A DNA stretch of 64,000 bases from the NCBI GenBank assembly GCA_963737155.1, contig CAVTRN010000002.1:2944001-3008000 (forward strand), read 5' to 3'. This DNA comes from Nitrospirota bacterium. Lineage in GTDB: Bacteria; Nitrospirota; UBA9217. The notes below the pieces were generated by a model that was not told the DNA's origin, searched no databases, and saw only the letters and a program-made list of their open reading frames with translations. A program made the translations under genes and the position numbers. This document shows, piece after piece, positions 31,582 through 47,459 of this stretch (its first letter is position 1; each line of letters opens with the position of its first letter).

Positions 31582-32409
31582 TCATTTTGAAACGAGTTCG
31601 CCGAACCAGTAGGCAGCCGTTACTCCACCATCCATGAGGAAGTCGCTGCCAGTGATAAACGCGCCGTCCGGCCCCATCAGAAGAGCGCCAACGGCCCCCA
31701 CCTCATCTGGGGTGCCGCCGCGCCCAACCGGGGACAGCTCGATCATGCGCCGGTATCCCGCGCCGCGCGGACCAGTCAGCTCGTCCTTGGCCAGAGGCGT
31801 GAAGATTATTCCGGGGCTGATCGTGTTGACCCGCGCCCCTCTCTTGCCCCATCGCACCGCCTCGGCCATCACCCGCAACGAGTTTGCGCGCTTGGATATC
31901 TGGTAGGCATAGAGCGAATCTGTCATTTGGTCCGGCTGAAGCATCGGAAGAGCGAGCAACTCGTCAGCGGGCGTAGTCGCCAGCGCCTTGTTTTGCTCGG
32001 GCATCAACGCTGTAAGGCGGTGCCCCGATTGCGAGGCGATAACGACGCCCGCTCCGCCGCGCGCAATGACGTTGCCGAATTCCTCGAGCACGAGCGCGGT
32101 ACCATACAAATCGACCTTGAGGATCGTGGCCGGCGATGCCTGCGAGGGAGAGACACCGGCGGCATGGATGACGCCGGTTATGGTGCCGATTGCCGTGGCT
32201 GTCTCAACGAGCGCTTGGACCGACTTGCGCGAGGAGACGTCGATGACAGCGGTGCTCGTCTCGAACCCCGCGTCGCTGAGGACTTTTGCAGCTGCATCGA
32301 CGTTATCTTGGCGCAGATCAGCCAGCAGAACGTGCTTGCCTGCGCTGACCCGCCTCGCAATTGCCTGGCCGATCGAGCCTGCACCGATGACGACGATAAC
32401 ATTGTTCAT
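31582..32409 (-). CDS. SDR-family oxidoreductase
   Basis: GAGSIG, YQISK, VNTISPG, FITGSDFLMDGG. Confidence 0.9.
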   Translation of the reverse strand: MNNVIVVIGAGSIGQAIARRVSAGKHVLLADLRQDNVDAAAKVLSDAGFETSTAVIDVSSRKSVQALVETATAIGTITGVIHAAGVSPSQASPATILKVDLYGTALVLEEFGNVIARGGAGVVIASQSGHRLTALMPEQNKALATTPADELLALPMLQPDQMTDSLYAYQISKRANSLRVMAEAVRWGKRGARVNTISPGIIFTPLAKDELTGPRGAGYRRMIELSPVGRGGTPDEVGAVGALLMGPDGAFITGSDFLMDGGVTAAYWFGELVSK

Positions 32410-32441
32410 TACGATCACCTTTCTCCTCTCTGCTGTTAAAA

Positions 32442-32975
32442 TCAGGAAATACTCAGTCCACCAATCCAGCTCGACACATTTGAAACTGCAGAGCTTGCAC
32501 CAGTTCCATGAATAGCGATTCCCTTTAGCACGGTAGCTTTGGGACATGCTTTGGCAATATCCTGTTCACTATGGCCTATCCCGCTGCCCTCGTGTGTGCA
32601 AAAGGGAACAATTATTTTTTCGCAAAAGTCATAGCTTTCCAAAAAAGTGTACACCGGCATGGGCATCGTTCCCCACCAATTCGGGTATCCCAAAAAGATC
32701 ACATCGTATGCCCCCATGTTTTCAACTTGTCCCGTCAGCTTTGGCCTGGCTTTGGCACGCAGTTCATTCTTTGCTACTTCCGTAGCTTCCGTATAATCTT
32801 TGGGATAGGCTGTGACGGATTCAATATGAAACATGTCACCGCCCGTTATTTGCTTAATCATGTTTGCGACAACTTCTGTATTGCCAACTTTTAGATCGAC
32901 AATCCTGCCGCTGACATAATTTTGTCCCTTCCGGGAAAAATAGGCTATCAGGCATTTTTTATTAGCTACATCCAT
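32442..32975 (-). CDS. Flavodoxin
   Basis: AYFS...GNT, LGYPNWWG, PFCTHEGSG. Confidence 0.9.
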   Translation of the reverse strand: MDVANKKCLIAYFSRKGQNYVSGRIVDLKVGNTEVVANMIKQITGGDMFHIESVTAYPKDYTEATEVAKNELRAKARPKLTGQVENMGAYDVIFLGYPNWWGTMPMPVYTFLESYDFCEKIIVPFCTHEGSGIGHSEQDIAKACPKATVLKGIAIHGTGASSAVSNVSSWIGGLSIS

Positions 32976-33065
32976 AATGAAACACTCCTCAGGATCCTTA
33001 TTCCAATAATCGTTTTTTATTCTACCGATTCTGGGAAAGTGCCACGGTGTTCATCGCGAGCAGTT

Positions 33066-33767
33066 TCATTTTCGTCCTACCTTGGTGCTGAGAACCTTGC
33101 CTAATATTTCATAGGCATTATTTGCTTCTTTCTTGCCAACTCTGACCTCGAGAACGGATATCAGGCTCCTCATCTGCGCCTCAGTCAGACCCGTATTAAA
33201 TCCGATGGTGATATGAGCTTGCAGCTGGGGATTGACTCCTTCAATACTGGCCAGGGCTGAAATAGTTGCTATCTCTCTGCTCTGGAAACCCAGATTGTCG
33301 CGTCCGAAGATGTCTCCGAAAAGGTGTCCTTTCAAAAAAGCATCAATGGCAGGAGCAAAAGTAATATACTTCCCGGTAGCCGGCGCTCCTATCAGTTTTG
33401 TCTGAATTTCCGTTCCGAGGTCAATGCTGCTTATGCTTGCAGGAATGGGGTTAGGTTCTTTGCCAAGCGTGTCCTTGATGCCGTTCTGTTTCCGTTCTTC
33501 CAGGACGTCCATAAAGGTATTGATACTGTTCAGGCTGCGGGGGAACCCACAATAAGCATACATCTGCACAAGGACTTCCTTGATTTCATTCACGGTCAAA
33601 CCTGCATCCAAGCCATCATTCAACGCCGTTTTCAGCTTCTCCATATTGTCGTTGGCGGTAAAGGCCGCGATGGGTATAATACTTTTCTGTACTGCACTTA
33701 AAGTCTTATTTTTATCCATATCATGCACCTCGGCTATGACTGCAGAGCTAAACAAAATGGCAGACAT
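33066..33767 (-). CDS. Carboxymuconolactone decarboxylase family protein
   Basis: EIKEVLVQMYAYCGFPRSLN, HLFGDIFGR, REIATISALA. An apparent original start at 33799 is out of frame. Confidence 0.88.
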   Translation of the reverse strand: MSAILFSSAVIAEVHDMDKNKTLSAVQKSIIPIAAFTANDNMEKLKTALNDGLDAGLTVNEIKEVLVQMYAYCGFPRSLNSINTFMDVLEERKQNGIKDTLGKEPNPIPASISSIDLGTEIQTKLIGAPATGKYITFAPAIDAFLKGHLFGDIFGRDNLGFQSREIATISALASIEGVNPQLQAHITIGFNTGLTEAQMRSLISVLEVRVGKKEANNAYEILGKVLSTKVGRK

Positions 33768-33801
33768 AATATCCAGAAATGCTACGATCTGTTTTTCATA
33801 A

Positions 33802-34209
33802 TTACTTCCTTAATTGACCGTTGTATTCCTGATCAGTCACCTTTTCCATCCATTCAACGTTCTTGCCGTTGAGTGTTCCCGTGATGGCGATATGCGTCAT
33901 GGCGGTTGTTGGTGCAGCTCCATGCCAATGTTTTACTGTTGGCGAGCACCAGATCACGTCTCCTGCTTTGATTTCCTCTATGGGACCACCCACTTCCTGC
34001 GTTCGGCCAACACCGGCAGTAACAATCAGATGCTGTCCTGTCGGGTGAGTGTGCCAATGAGATCTGGCCCCTGGCTCGAAAGTGACATATGCGCCGGAAA
34101 AGTGCGCCGTATCATTTGTAGTAAACAGTGGGTCGATACGTACATTGCCGGTAAACCAATCGGCCGGTCCTTTTGCTGAAGGCTGTGAACCACTTCTTTT
34201 GATGTCCAT
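33802..34209 (-). CDS. Cupin-domain protein
   Basis: [31 protein letters not shown]. Confidence 0.92.
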   Translation of the reverse strand: MDIKRSGSQPSAKGPADWFTGNVRIDPLFTTNDTAHFSGAYVTFEPGARSHWHTHPTGQHLIVTAGVGRTQEVGGPIEEIKAGDVIWCSPTVKHWHGAAPTTAMTHIAITGTLNGKNVEWMEKVTDQEYNGQLRK

Positions 34210-34271
34210 TTTTCACTCCTTGCTGGTATCGTTGCTATCAGTCATTACCTCTTCAGAAAGCACAAAGCGAT

Positions 34272-35288
34272 TTAGGGGCATAGCAGCGTCTTTATTGCGC
34301 GGCGTTCGTCCATCGCGCGGTAGCCCTCGGCTACTTGGTCGAGGGGCAGGGTCAGGTCGAATACCTTGCCGGGGTTGAGATTCCCCTTCAGCACAAGGCC
34401 GATCAGATCGGGCAAATAGCGGCGCACCGGCGCAGGGCCGCCATGAAGATGGACATGAGCGAAGAACAACTCCTGACCATTCAGCTCAACTCCGTGCGGA
34501 ACGCCGACGTAACCTACGTGCCCACCCGGGCGGGTGGCATGAATCGCCTGCATCATCGACTCCTTCGTGCCGACGCATTCCAGTACCGAGTCAGCGCCTA
34601 TTCCTTTGGTCATCTCCTTTATTCGAGCCACGCCTTCGTCACCGCGCTCGGTTACGATGTCAGTCGCGCCAAACTCGCTCGCGAGCTTTGATCGGGACTC
34701 ATGGCGGCTCATCACAATTATGCGCCCGGCACCCATCTGTTTGGCAGAGAGCACGCCGAGCAGCCCGACCGCGCCGTCACCAACGACTACAACCGTCTTG
34801 CCCGGCTTTACGTCGGCCGCGTCCGCAGCAAACCAGCCGGTGCCCATAACATCGGAGAGCGTCAGCAAACTCGGGATCTGGCTGTCCAAGGGAACTGCCG
34901 GAGTCGCCACCAAGGTGCCGTCCGCGTGCGGGACACGCAGAAAGGGCGCCTGGGCACCGCTCATAAGTTCGCGATGCTGGCAGGACGACTGATAACCGAT
35001 CTGGCAGGTGGGGCAGGTGTTGTCTGAGGCGAAGAACGAACCGATCACGAACTGACCACGCCTGATTGAGGTGACCGCGCTGCCGATTTCTTCGACAATG
35101 CCGCAGTACTCGTGCCCCATCGGCGTCGGCTGAGTGACAGGATTGATTCCGCGATAGGGCCACAAATCGGACCCGCACACGCAGGTGGCCGATATCTTTA
35201 TAATGGCATCCGTCGGCTTGACGATTATCGGGAAGTCACGCTCCTCGAAACGCACATCACGCGGCCCGTGTATAACAGATATTTTCAT
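34272..35288 (-). CDS. Zinc-dependent alcohol dehydrogenase family
   Basis: CVCGSD, GHEYCG, GDGAVG. Confidence 0.92.
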   Translation of the reverse strand: MKISVIHGPRDVRFEERDFPIIVKPTDAIIKISATCVCGSDLWPYRGINPVTQPTPMGHEYCGIVEEIGSAVTSIRRGQFVIGSFFASDNTCPTCQIGYQSSCQHRELMSGAQAPFLRVPHADGTLVATPAVPLDSQIPSLLTLSDVMGTGWFAADAADVKPGKTVVVVGDGAVGLLGVLSAKQMGAGRIIVMSRHESRSKLASEFGATDIVTERGDEGVARIKEMTKGIGADSVLECVGTKESMMQAIHATRPGGHVGYVGVPHGVELNGQELFFAHVHLHGGPAPVRRYLPDLIGLVLKGNLNPGKVFDLTLPLDQVAEGYRAMDERRAIKTLLCP

Positions 35289-35392
35289 GGTATATATCCT
35301 TATAATGAATTTTGCTCGCCACCGACGTGTGGTGGGCAGATGTTGTTCATACTTTAATTATATATCAGTCTCTGGACGATGCCATGTAGCAC

Positions 35393-36424
<1,032 letters not shown>

Positions 36425-36580
36425 CTATCTTCTGCTCTTATTGTTGTGATCATATCTTACCTCTGAAAGAGCAAAGGTAGGTAGACCAATCCTGCTCATT
36501 TCTTGCCTAATTGTCCGAAACCTACCATAATTGGGTTGACAGCGAAATTGCGTCTGGTAGTATGTGAACAGGAGGCAAGC

Positions 36581-37525
36581 ATGCAAAAGAGAACTCATAA
36601 GCAAGTAATTGGGGATCCCGAACTAGAAGGTGCACTCGAAACCTTGGGAAGGAGTATTGTTCGATGGACCGACAAAATCGACCGGGTCGAGACCGCCATC
36701 CCGGGATTGATACTTGCTCGGCGTGACAAGCCGAGCGAGCCGGTGAGTATCATGTTTGAACCGCGTATCTGCGTCATCGCGCAAGGGGCCAAACGCGTGC
36801 AGCTTGGAGACGACGCGTATGTGTATGACGCACACCATTTCCTGCTTACATCCGTGGATCTGCCCACGGTGGTGCAAGTCATTAATGCGAACCGGGAGAA
36901 GCCCTACCTAGGGCTCGTACTGAGACTCGATCAGCGCGAAATATCTCAACTGATGGTTGACAGCAACCTGCCGCCGCCCCGCCCGCAGCAATCGAGCCGT
37001 GGCATGGCGACCAGCGAGGTCACGAGGCCTCTCCTCACTGCCATTCAACGGTTGATCGATCTACTTGACGAGCCGAAGGACATCCCTATCCTTGCTCCGA
37101 TCATCGAGAGGGAAATTTTCTACCGTTTGCTGGTGGGCGATCAGGGTACACGACTCCGCCAGATGGCGGCGGCGGGAAGTCAGAGCCAGCAGATAGCGCG
37201 GGCGATCTATTGGTTGAAGGATAACTTCACAAAGCCGCTTCGTATCGATGTTCTTGCAGCACAGGTCAATATGAGCACGTCAACTTTCCACCATCATTTC
37301 CGAGAGGTGACGGCCATGAGCCCACTGCAGTACCAAAAATGGCTACGTTTGAACGAAGCGCGACGGTTGATGCTCGCCGAAAACAAGGATGCGACGACCA
37401 CAGCGTTCCAGGTCGGTTATGTGAGCCCTTCCCAATTTAGCCGCGAGTACGGCCGCATGTTCGGCGCACCGCCGTTGCGTGACATCACGAGTTTGCGACA
37501 GACGGCCACTACTGTAGAGACGTAA
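36581..37525 (+). CDS. AraC-family regulator (YqhC-like), divergent from the AKR operon
   Basis: AraC_N domain; MSPLQYQKWLRL.EARRLM; VGY.SPSQFSREY. Confidence 0.92.
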   Translation: MQKRTHKQVIGDPELEGALETLGRSIVRWTDKIDRVETAIPGLILARRDKPSEPVSIMFEPRICVIAQGAKRVQLGDDAYVYDAHHFLLTSVDLPTVVQVINANREKPYLGLVLRLDQREISQLMVDSNLPPPRPQQSSRGMATSEVTRPLLTAIQRLIDLLDEPKDIPILAPIIEREIFYRLLVGDQGTRLRQMAAAGSQSQQIARAIYWLKDNFTKPLRIDVLAAQVNMSTSTFHHHFREVTAMSPLQYQKWLRLNEARRLMLAENKDATTTAFQVGYVSPSQFSREYGRMFGAPPLRDITSLRQTATTVET

Positions 37526-37679
37526 TACTAAGCATCACCTAATATGTAAATGCCCAATTTTACAAAAATATTCAAATGCCCAACTTTTAGTAAACAAGGG
37601 AAAGGCGGCGTCATAAGCGGATGTCGTGTGGTTACGGAAGGGTAGATATTGATTGAAGAATACAAGCTGAATAAAGCAT

Positions 37680-38272
37680 TAACTTCTGGTGAAACCTCCA
37701 ACTACCTCATCTTCTCGTCCCTCCAATACTTATCGCACCACTATCCTGTCTTAATGTAGTTCTCAGAACTGCTTCCGCTGGCGAGTATTTCTTGCCCGAT
37801 ATAGGCGAAACTCCTCCACTCCCTTTTCCGCCGATCGGTACCTTTCGCTATATTGCATATTCTTCAAGCTCTCATCCTGTGGTACATACAACTCATGCCA
37901 TACTATATATTTAATCCTATTGATCGCGAGTGTATCAGGTCTTTTACCTTTCGTCGTGTCAGCATGGACTACGCCATTTGAAGACGGTATGCCATATCGT
38001 GGGTCTAAATACCATCGCGCAACCGCCTCGTAACACGAACGGCTATCAATTCCCTGGTGAACTTGGAGTATGTGCAAGAATTCGTGTATCAACAAGTCCG
38101 TCTTGAAGCGTTGCATGAATTCTGGATCTTCCGGCTTCATTCCCCTTGGTTCATAAATCGCCCTGCACTGTGATTGAAACACAGTATTGTCCCAGTCCGG
38201 ACTGACTCCAATGTAGCCTCTTGCAGGATACGACTTCGCGGTATTTGCCGAGGAACCCTAAATTTTCGGCAT
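37680..38272 (-). pseudogene. Degraded HExxH-motif protein (limits approximate)
   Basis: IHEFLH motif; TAG shortly after ATG 38272; the alternative frame continues after GVEEF (AYIGQEILAS). Confidence 0.45.
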
Positions 38273-38332
38273 GTAAATAGCCACCTGTGCTATATTATCT
38301 CATAAAATTAACGTTAAAGTGATGCGGAGGCC

Positions 38333-38596
38333 ATGATGCGTAAGGACTATAATCCACATCTTCGAGCGGCAATTTTAGAGGTAGTCGAAAACCAAATTAC
38401 GAACAATAGCCCACCGGAAACGCGCCAAACATATAAACGTTTAATGCATGAAGGCGTATCGGAGGACGATGCAAAATCACTCATTGGAAGTGTTGTAGCT
38501 GTAAAGATATTCGAAGTTCTAAAGCGTCAAGAGCCGTTCAACCATGATCGTTTTACCCAGGCGCTTCACAGATTACCGGAACCTCCAGAAAGGTAG
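38333..38596 (+). CDS. Conserved small hypothetical protein
   Basis: RBS GGAGG; ILEVVENQ..N.PPETRQTY.RL...F..AL.RLP pattern. Confidence 0.75.
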   Translation: MMRKDYNPHLRAAILEVVENQITNNSPPETRQTYKRLMHEGVSEDDAKSLIGSVVAVKIFEVLKRQEPFNHDRFTQALHRLPEPPER

Positions 38597-38901
38597 TGCG
38601 CGCCCGAGAATATCGGGTCTTATGCAAATATTCGATATGAAGTATGCACTGTTTTAATTCATAATAAAATACGAGGTAATTCCTGAAGTATCGGTGTTTC
38701 CATTCCGTGTAACAGACAATACTTCATCCCAAAATTTTTAACTCACTTTAATTTGCATGTTCCCAATTTAACTCGCCATTATTGGCATAATATATTTTAT
38801 TCTTTCTGATATAATATCAAAAGCAATAGAGAAACTCTTCAATAACGTGATAGGCATGGTATCCTATCTCGAGAAAAATTAATCAGTCGTGGCAGCATTG
38901 A

Positions 38902-41145
<2,244 letters not shown>

Positions 41146-41197
41146 TCGTAGTATAAACGTCTTCGAGAGCTTCTGACAAGGCGGCGATAAAACAATC

Positions 41198-41254
41198 AAC
41201 TAACAAGAGGGTGCAGGCGACGCTTTACAGCGCGCCTGCCCCTTGATGTTACAA
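41198..41254 (+). other. attC-like recombination site (solo)
   Basis: AACTAACAAGAGGGTGCAGGCGACGCTTTACAGCGCGCCTGCCCCTTGATGTTACAA: an AAC...GTT imperfect palindrome with unpaired extra bases. Confidence 0.55.
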
Positions 41255-41298
41255 TTATCATCCAGAATTCTGCATAGATATTTAGTCAACACGAATGA

Positions 41299-41607
41299 AT
41301 GATTGTGGGTGCACGTCGGATGGCCAGATATTTTAGGAAGGTGAATAATTCTGAGATTGAAGATTTCAGGTTCCATGATCTGAGGCATTGCTTTGCATCG
41401 TGGAATAGGCAGGCGGGGGTTGATCTTGACACACTGGCTGATCTGATGGGGCATAAAGATACAAGGATGACTCGGCGTTATGCTCATATTGGGCCAAAGC
41501 ATTTAGCCCACGCGATAAGTCAGCTAGAACAAAGCTACGGGGAATTTAGCACAAATTTAGCACAGTCAAAAGAAAAAGGACTCCAGCATGATGCTGTAAG
41601 CCCTTGA
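41299..41607 (+). pseudogene. Tyrosine integrase C-terminal remnant
   Basis: FRFHDLRHCFAS...LMGHKDTRMTRRYAH. N-terminus missing; ends just before the tRNA-Glu CCA. Confidence 0.9.
41543..41564. repeat. Tandem 11-bp repeat AATTTAGCACA x2 (putative integrase arm-type sites)
   Basis: Perfect tandem repeat about 50 bp from the tRNA 3' end. Confidence 0.55.
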
Positions 41608-41612
41608 TAACT

Positions 41613-41690
41613 TGGCGTCCCCAACCGGATTCGAACCGGTGTTATCGCCGTGAAAGGGCGGTGTCCTGGGCCGGACTAGACGATGGGGAC
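41613..41690 (-). tRNA. tRNA-Glu(TTC)
   Basis: GTCCCCATCGTCTAG...CTTTCAC...GGTTCGAATCC...GGGGACGCCA. Confidence 0.97.
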
Positions 41691-41795
41691 AATAATGCAG
41701 TTCTTAGTCGTAACTTTAAGTTTTAAGTACTAATTACTTCTAAATCTTGGCTTTCACTAATCTCTCATAACTTAAATCTCTTAACTGCAGATATT

Positions 41796-41871
41796 TGGTG
41801 AGCCGGCTGGGATTCGAACCCAGGACACCCGCCTTAAAAGGGCGGTGCTCTACCTACTGAGCTACCGGCCC
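41796..41871 (-). tRNA. tRNA-Lys(TTT)
   Basis: GGGCCGGTAGCTCAG...CTTTTAA...GGTTCGAATCC...CTCACCA. Confidence 0.97.
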
Positions 41872-42016
41872 GCTCTCGCAGTTTTCTTCAAAGACGCGTA
41901 TATTATCAAAGTAATACTCACTTTGTCAACAAAAAACAAGTATCTCGCAAAGGCATTGGTCATGAGGTAAGGAAATTCGAACAGCGCATTAACTTCCTCC
42001 TGCTCCCAAAACGATT

Positions 42017-44940
<2,924 letters not shown>

Positions 44941-45020
44941 GAATTCCTCCGGAAAAAACTTGCCTTTGATGGTCCATGGTTCTATCGACTAAACCGTTTA
45001 AACGAGTCTAACCGATTAAA

Positions 45021-46157
45021 TCATTTCATCAATATTTCCTGCGCCGCACCCACACCCGTGCCAAGCTTCACGGGATGGCCCAGACCTTTGAGCACCATTT
45101 CGATGCCGGCAATTGCCGTAATCACGTCAAAGGTGTCTGCATAACCTAAGTGAGCTATGCGGAAGATCTTGCCCTTAAGTTTGTCTTGGCCGCCTGCTCC
45201 CGTGATGCCATACTTGACGCGCAGATCCTTATAGATCGCCTGTCCGTCAACACCTGCTGGCGCCTCAATTGCGGTAAGTGCATTGCTAGGGTTTTCTTTC
45301 GGGAAAAGCTTAAGGCCAAGCGCCAAAGCTCCCGCGCGCGTCGCTCTAGCGAGTCGCTCGTGCCGCGCGAAGACCTTATCCAAACCTTCTGCCTGCAACA
45401 TTTTCACGCATTCGTTCAGCCCGATGATTAGGGTAACCGGCGAGGTGAAGAGCGTCTGGTTTTTTGCCAGGTTCTCACGCTCTTTCTTGAAATTGAAGTA
45501 GAACTTTGGTGTCTTGGCCTCATCGGCCATTTTCCAGGCCTTGTCACTCACCGAGACGAAAGCAAGCCCCGGGGGAAGCATGAGGCCCTTCTGGGAACCG
45601 CCGATCAAAACGTCAATCCCCCACTCGTCGGTCTTGATATCATGCGCAAGCAGGGCAGAAATGGCGTCTACAACAAAGATCGCATTGGTCTTCTTCACTA
45701 TGCCAGCAAGAGTTTTAACGTCATGAAACACACCCGTCGAGGTCTCATTGGCTTGGACAAACACGGCCTTGATCTTCGGGTTTTTCTTGAGCGAAGCCTC
45801 GACCTCTTCGGGCTTCACAGCATAGCCCCATTCCACTATGATCTCTTCCACTTTCATGCCGTATGCTTGGCAGATCTTGGTCCAGCGTTCGCCGAATTTA
45901 CCGCCATTGATGACAAGGACTTCGTCGCCAGGGCTCAAAAAGTTATTCACAGAGCCGACCATACCACCGGTCCCAGTAGAGCAGAGAATGAGTACGTCGT
46001 TTTTCGTCTGGTAGAGCCATTGAAGGCCCTTTTTCGCAGAATCAAGAACGGGAAGAAAATCTGGTGCTCGGTGATGTATGATCGGCATGGCCATGGCCAG
46101 CAGCGCCTCAGGCGGAACCGGTGTCGGGCCGGGGGCCAAAAGATATTTTTTTTGCAT
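45021..46157 (-). CDS. Class V aminotransferase (serine-pyruvate/phosphoserine aminotransferase-like)
   Basis: LAPGPTP, NETSTG, VDAIS, GSQKGLMLPPG. Confidence 0.93.
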   Translation of the reverse strand: MQKKYLLAPGPTPVPPEALLAMAMPIIHHRAPDFLPVLDSAKKGLQWLYQTKNDVLILCSTGTGGMVGSVNNFLSPGDEVLVINGGKFGERWTKICQAYGMKVEEIIVEWGYAVKPEEVEASLKKNPKIKAVFVQANETSTGVFHDVKTLAGIVKKTNAIFVVDAISALLAHDIKTDEWGIDVLIGGSQKGLMLPPGLAFVSVSDKAWKMADEAKTPKFYFNFKKERENLAKNQTLFTSPVTLIIGLNECVKMLQAEGLDKVFARHERLARATRAGALALGLKLFPKENPSNALTAIEAPAGVDGQAIYKDLRVKYGITGAGGQDKLKGKIFRIAHLGYADTFDVITAIAGIEMVLKGLGHPVKLGTGVGAAQEILMK

Positions 46158-46459
46158 AGGTATATCCTCCATTAATTGAGAGCGTAAACGTCCATAAGGG
46201 AGTTTACGAGAACTACTGTCTTAACGTAATTAATTTGTCTGAAAAAGATTATAGTCTCGCCGGGGCGGGACCTATGCCCGGGGTTGGCGTGTCGCTGGGA
46301 TAATGTGGATGTCTGTGCTGTTTCAAGGGGAAACTGCCTCTCTCTTTGTCTATTTCAGGTCAAAAACCATATGACAGTAGCATAAGCTGGCGAAAATTGT
46401 CAAGAAAATAGTTTGTGCGACTCTACGCAAGCAGGTTACCTTTATAACCTTCAGTTGCG

Positions 46460-46858
46460 TTATTTTTGCACAATATCCATGTACATGCTGAATGAAAGTG
46501 CAGGATTCGTCCGATCATTTGAAAAAACACTGAAATACTTGGAAATAGGTCCACGGCTCCCGGTTGTATCCACGGTCGCTCTAATCTGTCCGACAGCCCC
46601 CGGGTCCAGGTGATTTGAACTAATCACCGCGACAGTGCACCCTCAGGAAGGAACAACCCGATCAATAATCAGGGGCTCATTTCCAACATTGCGGATCTCG
46701 AAAACATGAATTGCCTGTGTCCCCATTATGACTTTTCCAAAATCATATTTAATTTCCATGGTTGCAAGCTTCGGCCCATTAACCACTTGGGCCGGAAGAT
46801 GTCCCACAATCACCGAGAATACAAAAATTGATCCGATGGAAATCAGTATCTTTTTCAT
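46460..46858 (-). CDS. DUF1573 (Ig-like) exported protein with in-frame TGA, probable selenoprotein (132 aa)
   Basis: YDFGKV...HVFEIRNVGNEPLIIDRVVPS-TGA-GCTVAVISSNHLDPGAVGQIRATVDTTG...KYFSVFSND...K*. TGA at 46643-46645; SECIS-like hairpin follows. Confidence 0.75.
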
Positions 46859-47459
46859 ACAACAGCCTTTCACGACAGAATATCTCAGCGTCCGCCGTCC
46901 TCAAATTTGTTACAACCACATTATTACCGACCAGATCATGCTGACCAATTCTTAGCAAGAGATTTAGCCTTTTTCAATAAGCAGCGTGGTCAGCGCGTCA
47001 ATCCGGGTTTTGCCATACTGAAGAGCATGGTTTAAAATTCTGCTTGGACAGATTGGGATAATTTGGATCCGTCGCCTCCATCCGATACATATTTCAATAT
47101 GGAGTATAGGCCGCTTGTCGGCTTGCAACCGGACACCACCATCCACCCGAACGAATTCAAGTTCAATCAGAATGTTTCCGAGCTTTCCTCCCCCAATTGC
47201 GTTGGTAGCTGAGCAGATCACCTGGCTTTTTAACCACTGCCATAGAAGCAAACTCCCTAAGAAACAACAAGTTCTAAACCTAATAAACAATTGATTATAT
47301 GCCCTATGAGCGGATAATGTCAACGGTTTTTGAAGGAAAGTCCTTATTCACATGGGGGTGCGGCCTGAATTATCCAGTAAAAAGTTTAAACGGGAGGATT
47401 CTGAGAAGATATTCTTCAGTGCCGATTATTGGGTTCCGCGATTAATATGGCTAGGCACC

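Noticed and set aside
41299-41607. Active prophage or integron integrase
   Set aside because: Only the C-terminal ~100 aa remain, and there are no phage structural or conjugation genes.
46964-47323. 119-aa ORF upstream of the DUF1573 gene
   Set aside because: No RBS or recognisable motif; likely spurious.
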